A DNA stretch of 64,000 nucleotides from an uncultured Planctomycetales bacterium. GTDB taxonomy: Bacteria > Omnitrophota > Gorgyraeia > Zapsychrales > JAHFFX01. Location: positions 1,409 through 65,408 of the forward strand of contig CAYJRN010000002.1 in NCBI GenBank assembly GCA_964372915.1, written 5' to 3'. The notes under the pieces were generated by a model. That model had not been told where the DNA came from. It saw only the letters and a list, made by a program, of their open reading frames with translations, and searched no databases. This document shows positions 7,923 through 18,087 of this stretch, in pieces. The translations under genes and the position numbers were made by a program. Positions within the stretch are counted from its first letter, which is position 1. Each line of letters opens with the position of its first letter.

Positions 7923-9832
7923 ATCTCGATGCCAAAATTCCCGGCGGTCCTTTAAAAGATAAATGGACTAAACACAAGCTTCACTTGAAGCTCGTCAATC
8001 CCGCGAACAAAAGAAAATACAGTATCATTGTGGTGGGAACGGGGCTGGCCGGCGCGTCCGCCGCCGCCTCTTTGGCGGAGTTGGGATACCAGGTCAAGGC
8101 GTTTTGTATTCAGGACAGCCCTCGACGGGCGCATAGCATTGCCGCTCAAGGTGGAATCAACGCCGCCAAGAATTATCCCAATGACGGTGACAGTGTGGAA
8201 CGATTATTTTATGACACGATGAAAGGCGGCGACTTTCGATCCCGCGAAGCCAATGTCTATCGTCTGGCGGAGATTAGTAACTGCATTATTGACCAATGTG
8301 TCGCTCAAGGCGTGCCGTTTGCCCGCGAGTACAGTGGTTATCTGGATAACCGTTCCTTCGGCGGCGCGCAGGTTTCCAGAACTTTTTATGCCCGCGGACA
8401 AACCGGCCAGCAGCTCCTTTTGGGCGCTTACAGTGCTTTCATGAAAGAAGTCGGCAAGAAAACCGTGGAAATGTTCCCGCGGCGCGAAATGCTGGACTTA
8501 GTTATTGTCGATGGAGTCGCGCGGGGGATCATCGTTCGGAATTTGATTGACGGGCAGATCGAATCTTATGCCGCCGACGCGGTAGTTTTAGCAACCGGTG
8601 GTTACGGAAATGTCTACTATTTGTCCACCAACGCGAAAGCCTGTAACGTGACCGCCATCTGGCGCGCGCATAAAAAAGGCGCTTATTTTGCGAATCCTTC
8701 TTACACGCAAATCCATCCCACCTGTATCCCTGTGCACGGGGATTATCAATCCAAACTCACCCTGATGAGCGAAAGTTTAAGAAATGACGGCCGCGTCTGG
8801 GTTCCCAAGACCAAAGGCGATCAACGACGGCCATCGGAAATTCCGCAAGCAGAGCGGGATTATTACTTGGAGCGTAAATATCCTAGTTTCGGCAATCTTA
8901 CCCCGCGCGACATCGCTTCGCGCGCCACCAAAGAGCAATGCGACACCGGAAGAGGCATAGGGTTAACCGGTATGGCCGTCTATTTGGATTTTGCCGATGC
9001 CATCAAACGCCTTGGGAAAGAAGTGATTGAAGAGAAATACGGAAATCTGTTCGATATGTACCGTAAGATCGTCGATGTTGACCCCACTCAAGAACCGATG
9101 ATGATTTATCCGGCGATGCATTACACCATGGGTGGATTGTGGGTGGACTACAATTTGATGAGCAATGTCCCCGGACTTTTTGTTTTGGGCGAGGCAAATT
9201 TTTCCGATCATGGGGCGAATCGTTTGGGGGCCAGCGCCTTGATGCAGGGTTTGGCCGATGGGTATTTCATTATTCCTTACACGATTGGCGACTATTTGGC
9301 CAAAATTTCTCCGAAAGGTGTCAAGACCGACGATAGGGAATTCAAGGTTTGCGCCACGGAGGCCCAGCACAAAACAGAAAAAATATTGTCGATTAACGGC
9401 CAGCGGACCGTGGATGATATTCATCGTGAGTTGGGACGTATATTATGGGATAGATGTGGAATGAGTCGTAATGAACAGGGATTGAAAGAGGCTTTAGAAG
9501 AGGTCCCTCGACTCAGGGATGAATTTTGGAAAAACGTTCGAGTGACGGGAACAAACGAAGAATTTAATCAAGCCTTGGAGCGCGCCGGACGCGTCGCGGA
9601 TTTTTTGGAATTCGCCGAACTTCTGGTCACGGACGCGCTGCATCGTCGGGAATCCTGCGGCGGACATTTCCGGGAGGAATTCCAGACGCCGGCAAAGGAG
9701 GCGTTGCGCGATGATCAAAATTTCTGTTATGTGGGCGCCTGGGAATATACCGGTGTAGGAAAAGATTCCGCGTTGCATAAAGAACCGTTAAGTTTTGAAG
9801 AAATTCAACTCGCCCGGAGAAGTTACAAATAA
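7919..9832 (+). CDS. sdhA: Succinate dehydrogenase/fumarate reductase flavoprotein subunit
   Basis: FAD-binding [12 protein letters not shown], the covalent-FAD His region [16 protein letters not shown] and RLGASAL motifs. Confidence 0.95.
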   Translation: MNLDAKIPGGPLKDKWTKHKLHLKLVNPANKRKYSIIVVGTGLAGASAAASLAELGYQVKAFCIQDSPRRAHSIAAQGGINAAKNYPNDGDSVERLFYDTMKGGDFRSREANVYRLAEISNCIIDQCVAQGVPFAREYSGYLDNRSFGGAQVSRTFYARGQTGQQLLLGAYSAFMKEVGKKTVEMFPRREMLDLVIVDGVARGIIVRNLIDGQIESYAADAVVLATGGYGNVYYLSTNAKACNVTAIWRAHKKGAYFANPSYTQIHPTCIPVHGDYQSKLTLMSESLRNDGRVWVPKTKGDQRRPSEIPQAERDYYLERKYPSFGNLTPRDIASRATKEQCDTGRGIGLTGMAVYLDFADAIKRLGKEVIEEKYGNLFDMYRKIVDVDPTQEPMMIYPAMHYTMGGLWVDYNLMSNVPGLFVLGEANFSDHGANRLGASALMQGLADGYFIIPYTIGDYLAKISPKGVKTDDREFKVCATEAQHKTEKILSINGQRTVDDIHRELGRILWDRCGMSRNEQGLKEALEEVPRLRDEFWKNVRVTGTNEEFNQALERAGRVADFLEFAELLVTDALHRRESCGGHFREEFQTPAKEALRDDQNFCYVGAWEYTGVGKDSALHKEPLSFEEIQLARRSYK

Positions 9833-9844
9833 GGAAAACCAAAG

Positions 9845-10597
9845 ATGTCGCGTACCATCAATCTCACTCTCAAAGTCTGGCGGCAGAAAGATAAAAATTC
9901 TCCGGGTCGATTTGAGGTTTATCCGGCTAAGAACATTGACACCGACATGTCATTTTTGGAAATGCTCGATGTCGTCAACGAGAGGTTAACGAAAGAGGAC
10001 AAAGACCCCATCGCGTTTGATCATGACTGCCGGGAAGGGATTTGCGGGGCCTGCGGGGCGATGGTGAACGGCCAGGCCCACGGGCCTTTGCGCGGCACCA
10101 CGCTTTGCCAGTTGCACATGCGCAATTTTCAAAACGGACAGACGCTCACTATTGAACCATGGCGTTCGCGAGGGTTTCCCGTCATTAAGGATTTAGCCCT
10201 TGACCGGTCGGCGTTTGATCGGGTCATGATGGCCGGCGGATTTATTTCGGTGAAGACGGGTTCCGCCCCCGAGGCCAATGCGGTTTTGGTGTCCAAAGCC
10301 AACGCCGAGAAAGCCATGGATGCCGCGGCCTGTATTGGCTGCGGCGCTTGTGTCGCCGCGTGTCCCAATAGCTCCGCGATGCTTTTTGTTGCCGCTAAGG
10401 TCAGCCACCTGAGCTTACTTCCTCAGGGGCAGGTGGAAAAAAGTCGACGGGTTGAGAGTATGGTCGAACAAATGGACCGCGAAGGCTTTGGGAACTGTTC
10501 CAATGAATACGAATGTGAGGCAGCTTGTCCTAAAGAAATCAGCGTTGCCAATATCGCGCGGATGAACCGTGAATTTTTAATAGCGGTTAGCGGTTAG
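9845..10597 (+). CDS. sdhB: Succinate dehydrogenase/fumarate reductase iron-sulfur subunit
   Basis: [10 protein letters not shown] (2Fe-2S), [12 protein letters not shown] and CEAACPK (4Fe-4S and 3Fe-4S) cysteine clusters. Confidence 0.9.
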   Translation: MSRTINLTLKVWRQKDKNSPGRFEVYPAKNIDTDMSFLEMLDVVNERLTKEDKDPIAFDHDCREGICGACGAMVNGQAHGPLRGTTLCQLHMRNFQNGQTLTIEPWRSRGFPVIKDLALDRSAFDRVMMAGGFISVKTGSAPEANAVLVSKANAEKAMDAAACIGCGACVAACPNSSAMLFVAAKVSHLSLLPQGQVEKSRRVESMVEQMDREGFGNCSNEYECEAACPKEISVANIARMNREFLIAVSG

Positions 10598-10606
10598 CGG
10601 TCAGTG
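10574..10606. repeat. TAGCGGTTAGCGGTTAGCGGTCAGTG motif at the sdhB/hemN junction, related to the palindrome at 12026..12119
   Basis: Direct reading. The TAGCGG(A/T)TAGCGGTCAGT core is shared with the hemN-hemE intergenic element. Confidence 0.5.
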
Positions 10607-12025
10607 ATACTATGCCCTGCTTTTTCCCGCCGGCAAAGTGAACGTCCTATGATTTCCACCATCGACAAAGAAACAATCCTTAAATTCGATACCCCAGGTC
10701 CGCGGTATACCAGTTATCCAACAGCCCCTGAATGGAATAACGATGTCGGGGCCTTGACCTATCAGGAAAAACTTAAAAGTTTCTCTCAAAGCCCCAAAAC
10801 CCTTTCCTTATACGTGCATATCCCGTTTTGCCAGTCGATGTGTTATTACTGCGCCTGCAACGTGGTTATCCGACGGATGGATGAGAAGTACGGCGATGAA
10901 TATATCGATTATCTTTCCAAGGAAATTGATCTTGTGACTCGCGTCATCGGCCGCACAAAAGACCTCAAACAGCTTCATTGGGGAGGCGGAACACCGACTT
11001 TTTTGAATGAACGTCAGATCGAACGCCTCTTTAAAAAAATCCGCCAAAGTTTCAACCTGGACAAAAACGGCGAGATCGCCATCGAAATTGACCCGCGTAC
11101 CATTGATCAATCAAAAGTGAAAAAGCTACGCGAGCTTGGGTTTAATCGCGTGTCAATGGGCGTTCAGGATTTCGACAGAGAAGTGCAAAGGCAAGTCAAC
11201 CGCGTCCAGCCGTTTGAAATCGTCAAGGACTTTTATGATTGGTGCCGCGAGCTCAAGTTCGAATCGGTGAACTTTGACCTCATTTACGGTTTACCCGGCC
11301 AGACCAAAGTGCTCTTCAAGGATACGGTGAAGAAAGTTATTGCTCTTAAACCCGATCGAGTCGCGCTGTACAGTTTTGCTTACGTGCCGTGGCTTAAGAA
11401 ACATCAGACGAAGTTACATGAAGAAGATTTTCCCCAAAGCGACGAGAAACTCGATATTTTTTTACAGGCGCGGGCGCAATTTCTGTCCGGCGGCTACCAG
11501 GCGATTGCCATGGATCATTTCGCTTTATCTCAGGATGAGATGGCGAAAGCTTTTCAGGAAGGAAAACTTTACCGGAATTTTATGGGGTATACGGTCAAGC
11601 CCGCCGATGAGTATATTGGATTGGGTTTGACGGCCATTGGTTTCCTTGAGAATACCTACATCCAAAATCATAAGACCTTGGCGGAATATTATGGAAGTCT
11701 TAAAGATAATGAATTGCCCATTGAGCGGGGGAAAGTGTTGACGTTCGATGACCAGATTCGGCAATGGGTCATTAGCCGTCTGATGTGTCATTTTGAGCTG
11801 AGCAAGAGTGAATTCACCAAAAAATTCGAGGTGGATTTCGATGTATATTTCGCCCAGGAAGAGGCGCACATGGATTATTGTTTGAAAGAGGGATTGATTT
11901 CTTTTGTCGAGAAAGGAATCAGGGTCACCGATCTGGGCAAAATATTTATTCGTAACGTGTGTATGGGGTTCGATTGGTATTTGCGGCAAAACAAGGCTGA
12001 GCGAAGGTTTTCTAGAACAGTATAA
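10604..12025 (+). CDS. hemN: Oxygen-independent coproporphyrinogen III oxidase (radical SAM HemN)
   Basis: PRYTSYPTA and the SLYVHIPFCQSMCYYCACN radical SAM motif; 473 aa. The start may instead be the M at 10649. Confidence 0.9.
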   Translation: MILCPAFSRRQSERPMISTIDKETILKFDTPGPRYTSYPTAPEWNNDVGALTYQEKLKSFSQSPKTLSLYVHIPFCQSMCYYCACNVVIRRMDEKYGDEYIDYLSKEIDLVTRVIGRTKDLKQLHWGGGTPTFLNERQIERLFKKIRQSFNLDKNGEIAIEIDPRTIDQSKVKKLRELGFNRVSMGVQDFDREVQRQVNRVQPFEIVKDFYDWCRELKFESVNFDLIYGLPGQTKVLFKDTVKKVIALKPDRVALYSFAYVPWLKKHQTKLHEEDFPQSDEKLDIFLQARAQFLSGGYQAIAMDHFALSQDEMAKAFQEGKLYRNFMGYTVKPADEYIGLGLTAIGFLENTYIQNHKTLAEYYGSLKDNELPIERGKVLTFDDQIRQWVISRLMCHFELSKSEFTKKFEVDFDVYFAQEEAHMDYCLKEGLISFVEKGIRVTDLGKIFIRNVCMGFDWYLRQNKAERRFSRTV

Positions 12026-12119
12026 AGTAGGGTATAGCGGATAGCGGTCAGTAGGGATCAGCGAATAGTAATCAGTTGTCTGACTACTAACCCACTGACC
12101 ACTACTATCCGCTATACGC
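12026..12119. repeat. About 90-nt near-perfect extended palindrome in the hemN-hemE spacer (GTATAGCGGATAG ... CTATCCGCTATAC, with inner arms GGTCAGTAGGG/CCCACTGACC and TAGTAATCAG/CTGACTACTA)
   Basis: Inverted repeats read directly; centre near 12075. Confidence 0.6.
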
Positions 12120-12140
12120 TTTACGCTGTCCGCTAAAATT

Positions 12141-13154
12141 ATGTCGGATTCACTTCTCCTTCAGGCTTTTCAAGGCACCAATAAAACGATCCCCGTCTGG
12201 TTCATGCGCCAGGCCGGAAGATATTTGCCGGGTTACCGCGCCATCAAGGCAAAGCATTCTCTTCAGGAGATGTTTATCTCTCCCGAGATAGCTACCCAAG
12301 TCACCTGTATGCCCATTGATGTTTTGGGGGTGGACGCCGCCATTCTTTTTGCGGACATCCTGACGCTGCCTTCGGCCATGGGATTTGACGTCAGTTTTAT
12401 CAATGGCGTAGGTCCTGTGATCAGCAATCCAATCCTTAAGCGGGAGGATGTTCACCGGGTCCATGATTTCGTCGACCTGTCGTATGTGGCACGGACGATT
12501 AGACTCGTCAATGAGAGGCTGTCGAAAAACATTCCCCTTATTGGATTTGCGGGTTCGCCTTTCACGGTCGCGTGTTATCTTCTGGAAGGAGGTTCGGCGG
12601 TCAATTTCAACAAGACGCTCCATTTTGCCCATCGGCATCCGGAAAGCTTTCATCAATTGCTTAAAGTTCTTACTCGCAATACGATCGCCTATCTTAATTT
12701 TCAAAAAGAAGCCGGCATCAAGGTTTTTCAGCTCTTTGATACTTGGAGCGGCATCCTGCGTCCAGCGGATTACGCCCATTGGAGCCTTGCTTACGTCAAA
12801 GAGATTTTTGCGCAGGTGAAATTACCGTCCATTTATTATCTTAAGAACGCCGCGCATCTGATGCCTCTCATGGAACAATCCGGCGCCGACTTTTTGTCCG
12901 TTTGTCAGACGATTCTTTTAGGACACGAGCCGGTTTTGGCGAAGAATCGCCACGGCGTGCAAGGGAATCTCTTTAACGGCCTGTTGTACGCACAGGAAGA
13001 AACGCTGAAAGAAGAAGTTCACGACGTTCTTTTGGGAACCCGGCAGTATCACAAATATATTTTTAATTTAAGTCACGGAGTCTTTCCGGACGTGGATCCG
13101 AATACCTTGAAACGAATTGTCGATTGGGTCCATGAATTCCCTCGAAATGAGTAA
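12141..13154 (+). CDS. hemE: Uroporphyrinogen decarboxylase
   Basis: PVWFMRQAGRYLPGYRA signature near the N-terminus; 337 aa. Confidence 0.95.
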   Translation: MSDSLLLQAFQGTNKTIPVWFMRQAGRYLPGYRAIKAKHSLQEMFISPEIATQVTCMPIDVLGVDAAILFADILTLPSAMGFDVSFINGVGPVISNPILKREDVHRVHDFVDLSYVARTIRLVNERLSKNIPLIGFAGSPFTVACYLLEGGSAVNFNKTLHFAHRHPESFHQLLKVLTRNTIAYLNFQKEAGIKVFQLFDTWSGILRPADYAHWSLAYVKEIFAQVKLPSIYYLKNAAHLMPLMEQSGADFLSVCQTILLGHEPVLAKNRHGVQGNLFNGLLYAQEETLKEEVHDVLLGTRQYHKYIFNLSHGVFPDVDPNTLKRIVDWVHEFPRNE

Positions 13155-14499
13155 GAATATCGTTATTGTCGGCGGCGGCATTAGCGGCTTGGCGCTTTTA
13201 CATTATTTGAAGCTCAAGACCGCGGATCGTTCCGATGTGAATATCCGGCTTTTGGAAAAGAAGGATCGCGCGGGAGGGACGGCGACCACGTATGAAGATC
13301 ATGATTTTCTTTTTGAATCCGGCCCCAATGGTTTTTTGAACAACAAAAACGACGCGCTCAACTTAAGCAAAGAGCTGGGCCTTGAGTCGGAACTCATCTT
13401 TGCCAACCAAGCCGCCAAGAAACGCTATATCCTTTTTCATAACCGCCTTGAACCCCTTCCTTCCGGTTTTTTAAGTTTTTTGCTGTTTCGTCCTTTGTCC
13501 ATCATGGATAAGCTGCGTATCGTGCTTGAGGTGTTTGCACGGAAGGGGAACAACCCCGATGAGAGTGTTTATGAGTTCGGAACCCGTCGATGTGGCGAAA
13601 ATTTTTCCAAGGTGTTCCTGGATCCCATGGTGACGGGGATTTACGCCGGAGACGCGCGCAAGATCAATCTCAAAGAGGCTTTTCCGTCGATGTTTGAACT
13701 GGAACGGGATTATGGTTCGCTCATCAAGGCGATGCTGCAGCTCAAAAAGGCGGGGAAGTTGAGCGGCCCTGGGACACTCGTTTCCTTGCGCAGGGGCATG
13801 TCGCAATTATGTGAGGCTCTTAGCCGTCGTTATGCGCAGCATGTTCAATTCAACCAAGCGGTTGAGTCTATTGAGCGTCAGGGACAAGGGTTTTTGATTA
13901 AAACGTTTGAAACTTCCTATCCAGCGGATGAATTGTTCGTGTGCACACCCGCGTATGTCGCCGCGGAATTGACGAAAAGAGTCAACAGCCGCCTTAGTGA
14001 TTTTTTGATGCGCGTAGATTACGCGCCCGTGGCGGTCGTGGGACTTTTGTATGAACGCAAGGCATTGGCTCATCTTCCGGAAGGATTCGGTTATTTGATC
14101 CCGACCTATTCCCATAAATCCATCCTGGGGGTGCTTTTTGACAGCAACATCTTTCCGGGACGCAGCGCCTCCGATAAAATCCTTTTTCGCGTGATGATGG
14201 GCGGGGTGTTTCACCGTGAGCTGGCACAAAAAAGTGAGGCGGATTTGGTGACTCTCGCTCAAGAAGAAATCACTGCTAGATTTCTTCCAAGTTCCTCGCC
14301 CTTGAAAAGCCGTTGCGTGGTCTGGCCAAGAGGTATTCCGCAGTATGACAACGATTACGTTGTGGTTAAAGAATCCATTGAACGGGAATTATCGAAAGAA
14401 AACGCTCTTCATCTGCTAGGAAATTATCTCAACGGTTTATCGTTCAACGATTGTGTGGGCAATGCCCGAAGGGCCGCCGGCTATGAATGTTCACATTGA
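13147..14499 (+). CDS. hemY: Protoporphyrinogen/coproporphyrinogen oxidase (HemY family, FAD-dependent)
   Basis: MSKNIVIVGGGISGLALLHYL Rossmann FAD motif, then GGTATT...ESGPNGF. The start overlaps the hemE stop (ATGAGTAA). Confidence 0.8.
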   Translation: MSKNIVIVGGGISGLALLHYLKLKTADRSDVNIRLLEKKDRAGGTATTYEDHDFLFESGPNGFLNNKNDALNLSKELGLESELIFANQAAKKRYILFHNRLEPLPSGFLSFLLFRPLSIMDKLRIVLEVFARKGNNPDESVYEFGTRRCGENFSKVFLDPMVTGIYAGDARKINLKEAFPSMFELERDYGSLIKAMLQLKKAGKLSGPGTLVSLRRGMSQLCEALSRRYAQHVQFNQAVESIERQGQGFLIKTFETSYPADELFVCTPAYVAAELTKRVNSRLSDFLMRVDYAPVAVVGLLYERKALAHLPEGFGYLIPTYSHKSILGVLFDSNIFPGRSASDKILFRVMMGGVFHRELAQKSEADLVTLAQEEITARFLPSSSPLKSRCVVWPRGIPQYDNDYVVVKESIERELSKENALHLLGNYLNGLSFNDCVGNARRAAGYECSH

Positions 14500-14654
14500 T
14501 GTTGATGGCGCCTGTACCTTTGGATATACTGATGTTACTAACTTTTTTTAAATTATTAATATTAACAGAGGTAGCCAGTATCTCGACGTTTGCTTTCTCG
14601 ATTTTTTAACATTAATTGTACAAACGTCAACAAATGACATGAGGAATCTTAAGA

Positions 14655-15293
14655 ATGAAAAAAAACACTTTGCTCTTATGTTTTTTATTGTGCCTGCCGC
14701 AGATTGCCTCCGCTGATATCCTGAAATTGAAATCAGGGAAAACCTGGGAAGGCAAAATTACCGAGCAGACGGACACATTTATCAAGATTGACATTGGCGT
14801 GAGGGTCCCGGTCACATTTTGGAGAGATGAAATCGACAGCATTACCGAAAAGCCGTTTGATTTTAAGAAGTTTGAAACGCCGCCTAAACGCCAGGAGCCG
14901 CTGATTGTCATTCATCGTAACGAAGTGGAGGATTTCGTGGCAAAATTAGAGGCGACTTTCCAAAATAAAGATGACAATGGTTTGCGTCATCTCATTTCGG
15001 ATCACGCGACTTTTGCTGTTTTCAAAAACGGTGAAAAAAACGAAATGAGCCGGGACGACTATCTGCAAATGCTGCAGAGGGCCGGAATGGACATGACGGA
15101 GCATACCTACGATTTTATGATTGATGATATGAAATTGGATGGCCCCAGAGCCATGACCATTGAAACCCTCAAAGAAAACATGACTACTTCTACGGGTCAA
15201 AAGCTCGAAATCACCACCAAACAAAAAAGTCTTTACCGAAAAAACAAAAACGGGACCGTTCAACTCATCTATTCAGACGTTAACACCCAGTAG
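14655..15293 (+). CDS. Secreted NTF2-like (SnoaL/DUF4440-like) domain protein
   Basis: Signal peptide MKKNTLLLCFLLCLPQIASA; the C-terminal half has NTF2-like spacing. Weak call. Confidence 0.45.
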   Translation: MKKNTLLLCFLLCLPQIASADILKLKSGKTWEGKITEQTDTFIKIDIGVRVPVTFWRDEIDSITEKPFDFKKFETPPKRQEPLIVIHRNEVEDFVAKLEATFQNKDDNGLRHLISDHATFAVFKNGEKNEMSRDDYLQMLQRAGMDMTEHTYDFMIDDMKLDGPRAMTIETLKENMTTSTGQKLEITTKQKSLYRKNKNGTVQLIYSDVNTQ

Positions 15294-15302
15294 CTCCGTA
15301 TC

Positions 15303-15330
15303 CACTCCCGCGGGGCGCCCTTTTTTAAGA
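15303..15330 (+). terminator. GC-rich palindromic segment (CCCGCGGGGCGCCC) followed by TTTTTT; likely intrinsic terminator
   Basis: Sequence read directly, 10 nt after the stop of the 14655..15293 gene. Confidence 0.45.
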
Positions 15331-15403
15331 AAAAGGCTGTGTATTAAGAGAAATTCCGCTTAGTTCTTTCGCTGTAAAAGGTTGAAAATTTCTTAAATAT
15401 TCC

Positions 15404-15432
15404 TTGCCACTCCCAGATTAATTCCCTAGAAT
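15404..15432 (+). promoter_or_regulatory. Sigma-70-like promoter TTGCCA-17-TAGAAT upstream of the pilus operon
   Basis: Hexamers at 15404-15409 and 15427-15432 with 17-bp spacing; the flanks are AT-rich. Confidence 0.4.
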
Positions 15433-15470
15433 GACTACAATAACAATAAAATTATATAATAAACATCCCA

Positions 15471-16379
15471 ATGTTTAAAAACGCCAGAAAAATTCTTCAA
15501 AGGATGAAAGATAAAGAAAGTCCCCGTGACTTTGAATCCTCGTTGTCTTTTGCTTCCCCCGCGCAGGATTCAAGACGAGTGATTGTGGTGTGCAATCAAA
15601 AGGGCGGCTGCGGCAAAACGACCACGGTCATCAATCTAGCGGCATTCTGGGCCAAAAGGGGAAAGCGCGTTCTTATTATTGATTTGGATACCCAAGCCCA
15701 TGCGTCTTTAGGACTTGGCCTTGATGTCGACCATTTGGAGCGATCCATTTATGACGTTTTGATTAACAGCGTTGAACTGGATCAGGTCATTGTTTCCACA
15801 AAAGTCAAAGGTCTATCCGTTGCTCCCGCGAATCATTTACTTTCAGGGGCTCAGTTGCAACTGGCCAACTTGGTCGCCCGCGAAAGTATTCTCAAAATCA
15901 ACCTCAATAAACTCGCCTTAACGCAGCATTACGATTATGTGCTGATTGATACCTCACCCACGCTCAATCTGATCACGCTCAACGGCCTGGCGGCCGCCAC
16001 GCACGTCTTGATCCCCATCCAGCCCCATTATTTTTCCCTGGAGGGAATGAAGGAATTATTTATCACCATCGATCTGGTCAAGGAGCGATTGAATTCCGAA
16101 TTAAAGATTCTGGGGATTGTTGCCACTCTTTATGATCATCGGATTAAAGCCAACCGGGATATTTTCAAGGAACTTAACGAGTATTTTACTGACTTGATGC
16201 TGAAGACGCCCATCCGTTATACGGCCAAGCTGGTTGAGGCGCCGAGTTACCAGTTGCCGATTGTTTTTTATGCTCCGGATTCCAAGGGGGCGCAGGATTA
16301 TTTCAACTTGAGCGAAGAGTTAGAAGGGGTTCTTTTAAAAGGGAGAAATAATGTTGCAGAGTTCAGACAATCTGGTTAA
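15471..16379 (+). CDS. ParA/MinD-family P-loop ATPase at the head of the pilus assembly operon
   Basis: Deviant Walker A CNQKGGCGKTTTVINLA and LIIDLDTQA. Confidence 0.8.
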   Translation: MFKNARKILQRMKDKESPRDFESSLSFASPAQDSRRVIVVCNQKGGCGKTTTVINLAAFWAKRGKRVLIIDLDTQAHASLGLGLDVDHLERSIYDVLINSVELDQVIVSTKVKGLSVAPANHLLSGAQLQLANLVARESILKINLNKLALTQHYDYVLIDTSPTLNLITLNGLAAATHVLIPIQPHYFSLEGMKELFITIDLVKERLNSELKILGIVATLYDHRIKANRDIFKELNEYFTDLMLKTPIRYTAKLVEAPSYQLPIVFYAPDSKGAQDYFNLSEELEGVLLKGRNNVAEFRQSG

Positions 16380-17502
16380 AGAAATTTTTAAAACTGGATC
16401 TGCGCATCGCAAAAAGATATCGCATATCTTTTCTCAGATGTTTCCTTCGCCGACGGGCGTAAGTCTCCAAGGCGAATTGCTGGAAGGCAAAAAGGCCGAG
16501 TATTATCCGGCGGCGGTCGAGTTCTCTTCCCATTCGATTAAACTTTTACAGTTCGCAAAAACTTCGCGCGGCATTGAAATCGCCAAGATCGCCTGTGTGC
16601 CGCTGGGACAGGAGACCAAGGGCGTTCAGGAGATGCGGACTCTTTTACAGAAGGTGCTCCGGGAACACCAACTCAAAGGAGAGGCCGTGACCTCGCTGCC
16701 GCTGAGCAAAATTCAAACTTTGAGTTTCGTAATTCCCTCAATGCCGGAGGTAGAGATTGAACAGGCGGTCGTCTGGAAGCTCAAACAGAATTTGCCGGCC
16801 GGATTCAATTTTGCCAACATCACGTTTGATTATTCCATAAGCGCGCTCGACGTGCCGGCCGGCCGCGAATTGAGGGTTTTGGCCTTTATCGCGGCCAGGG
16901 ATCTCGTCCTCGAGAGGATCAAGATCTTCGCTGAGATGTCGCTCAAGTTGGTTGCGATTTCCCCGGAACCGTATGCCATCTATTCGGCGCTTTTATGGGG
17001 CGATAAAATTCCGTTTCAGGAAACCGTGGTTTTTTTACATCTAGGCGCGAGTGAATCGTCCATCTCCATCGTGCGGGGGTGGGAAATTCAGTTCATCAGG
17101 CCTTTGAACTTTTCCGGCAATGCCTTGACGGAAGGCGTTGCCTCTTCCCGGCAGGTGGACTGGCTCAAGGCTGAGGCGCTCAAGAAAGAAGGAACGCTCA
17201 ATCTCTCCAGTCAGTTGGAGAATCTTCTGGTGGACATTGAACACGCGTTCAAAACTTTCGCGGCCCAGCAGATGAAATCACCGCTCAACCGTTTCGACCG
17301 GCTGATCCTGACTGGTGGAACGGCCGGGCTTAAGAACATCGACCAATTTTTGCACGATCGTCTCGAGGTCCCGGTCGATGTCTTGGACCCGTTCAACATG
17401 GCTCAGCTGTATCTGCGGCAGGACCTCAGCCCTTTTTTGCAACAGCACGCCCATCGTTTCTCGAGTTTGGTGGGGACGGCAGGCAGGTTTGTCGAATGGT
17501 GA
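16351..17502 (+). CDS. pilM: Type IV pilus assembly protein PilM-like (actin-like ATPase fold)
   Basis: Size and position before pilN-pilO-pilQ homologs, with an N-terminal SIKLLQF segment resembling the PilM start. Call by context plus weak motifs. Confidence 0.6.
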   Translation: MLQSSDNLVKEIFKTGSAHRKKISHIFSQMFPSPTGVSLQGELLEGKKAEYYPAAVEFSSHSIKLLQFAKTSRGIEIAKIACVPLGQETKGVQEMRTLLQKVLREHQLKGEAVTSLPLSKIQTLSFVIPSMPEVEIEQAVVWKLKQNLPAGFNFANITFDYSISALDVPAGRELRVLAFIAARDLVLERIKIFAEMSLKLVAISPEPYAIYSALLWGDKIPFQETVVFLHLGASESSISIVRGWEIQFIRPLNFSGNALTEGVASSRQVDWLKAEALKKEGTLNLSSQLENLLVDIEHAFKTFAAQQMKSPLNRFDRLILTGGTAGLKNIDQFLHDRLEVPVDVLDPFNMAQLYLRQDLSPFLQQHAHRFSSLVGTAGRFVEW

Positions 17503-18083
17503 AGACCAAACAGATTAATCTGATCCCCAAGGATCATCAGAAGCATGGTTTCAAGTGGTCGTTGAGATGGCGGGAGCCCACTGTTATAGTCATCTTTGCT
17601 TTAACGGCGCCGCTCTTTTTTTACAGTGTTCAACGATTGGTGGTGGGGATCAGGCTCAAAGAGCGCGTCGTTGAATCCAAGGATCAGTTGGCGGATGCGA
17701 AGCTCAAACTCAAACAAATGCAAAGCACGGCGCTCGATCTTGAAAAACAGAAAAGTGAATTAACCAAAGAGAAAGATATGAAACAGCAGCGGCTGGATCT
17801 CTTATTGTCGACTTCCGCCCGAGGGAAAAAATACTCCACTCTCATGGCCTTCATGGTGACTTTATTACCCGAGAATCTGTGGATGAAGAAATTCGCGCTC
17901 ACCGAAACCGAAGTCACGATCAGCGGAACGACTTTTGAGCCGGAGCTCATCACCACATTCATGAACCAGCTGAACGGTTCAAAGTATTTCAAGAACAGTC
18001 GGTTCACCTCCAGCGAAAAGCAGGTGCTGGATTCGCAGGCAGTGCATAATTTTACGATTATGACCGAACCGGTCTGGAATTAA
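17496..18083 (+). CDS. pilN: PilN-like bitopic inner-membrane protein
   Basis: N-terminal KQINLIP motif, single TM, coiled coil, then a C-terminal alpha/beta domain. Position between the pilM-like and pilO-like genes. Confidence 0.55.
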   Translation: MVKTKQINLIPKDHQKHGFKWSLRWREPTVIVIFALTAPLFFYSVQRLVVGIRLKERVVESKDQLADAKLKLKQMQSTALDLEKQKSELTKEKDMKQQRLDLLLSTSARGKKYSTLMAFMVTLLPENLWMKKFALTETEVTISGTTFEPELITTFMNQLNGSKYFKNSRFTSSEKQVLDSQAVHNFTIMTEPVWN

Positions 18084-18087
18084 CGAA

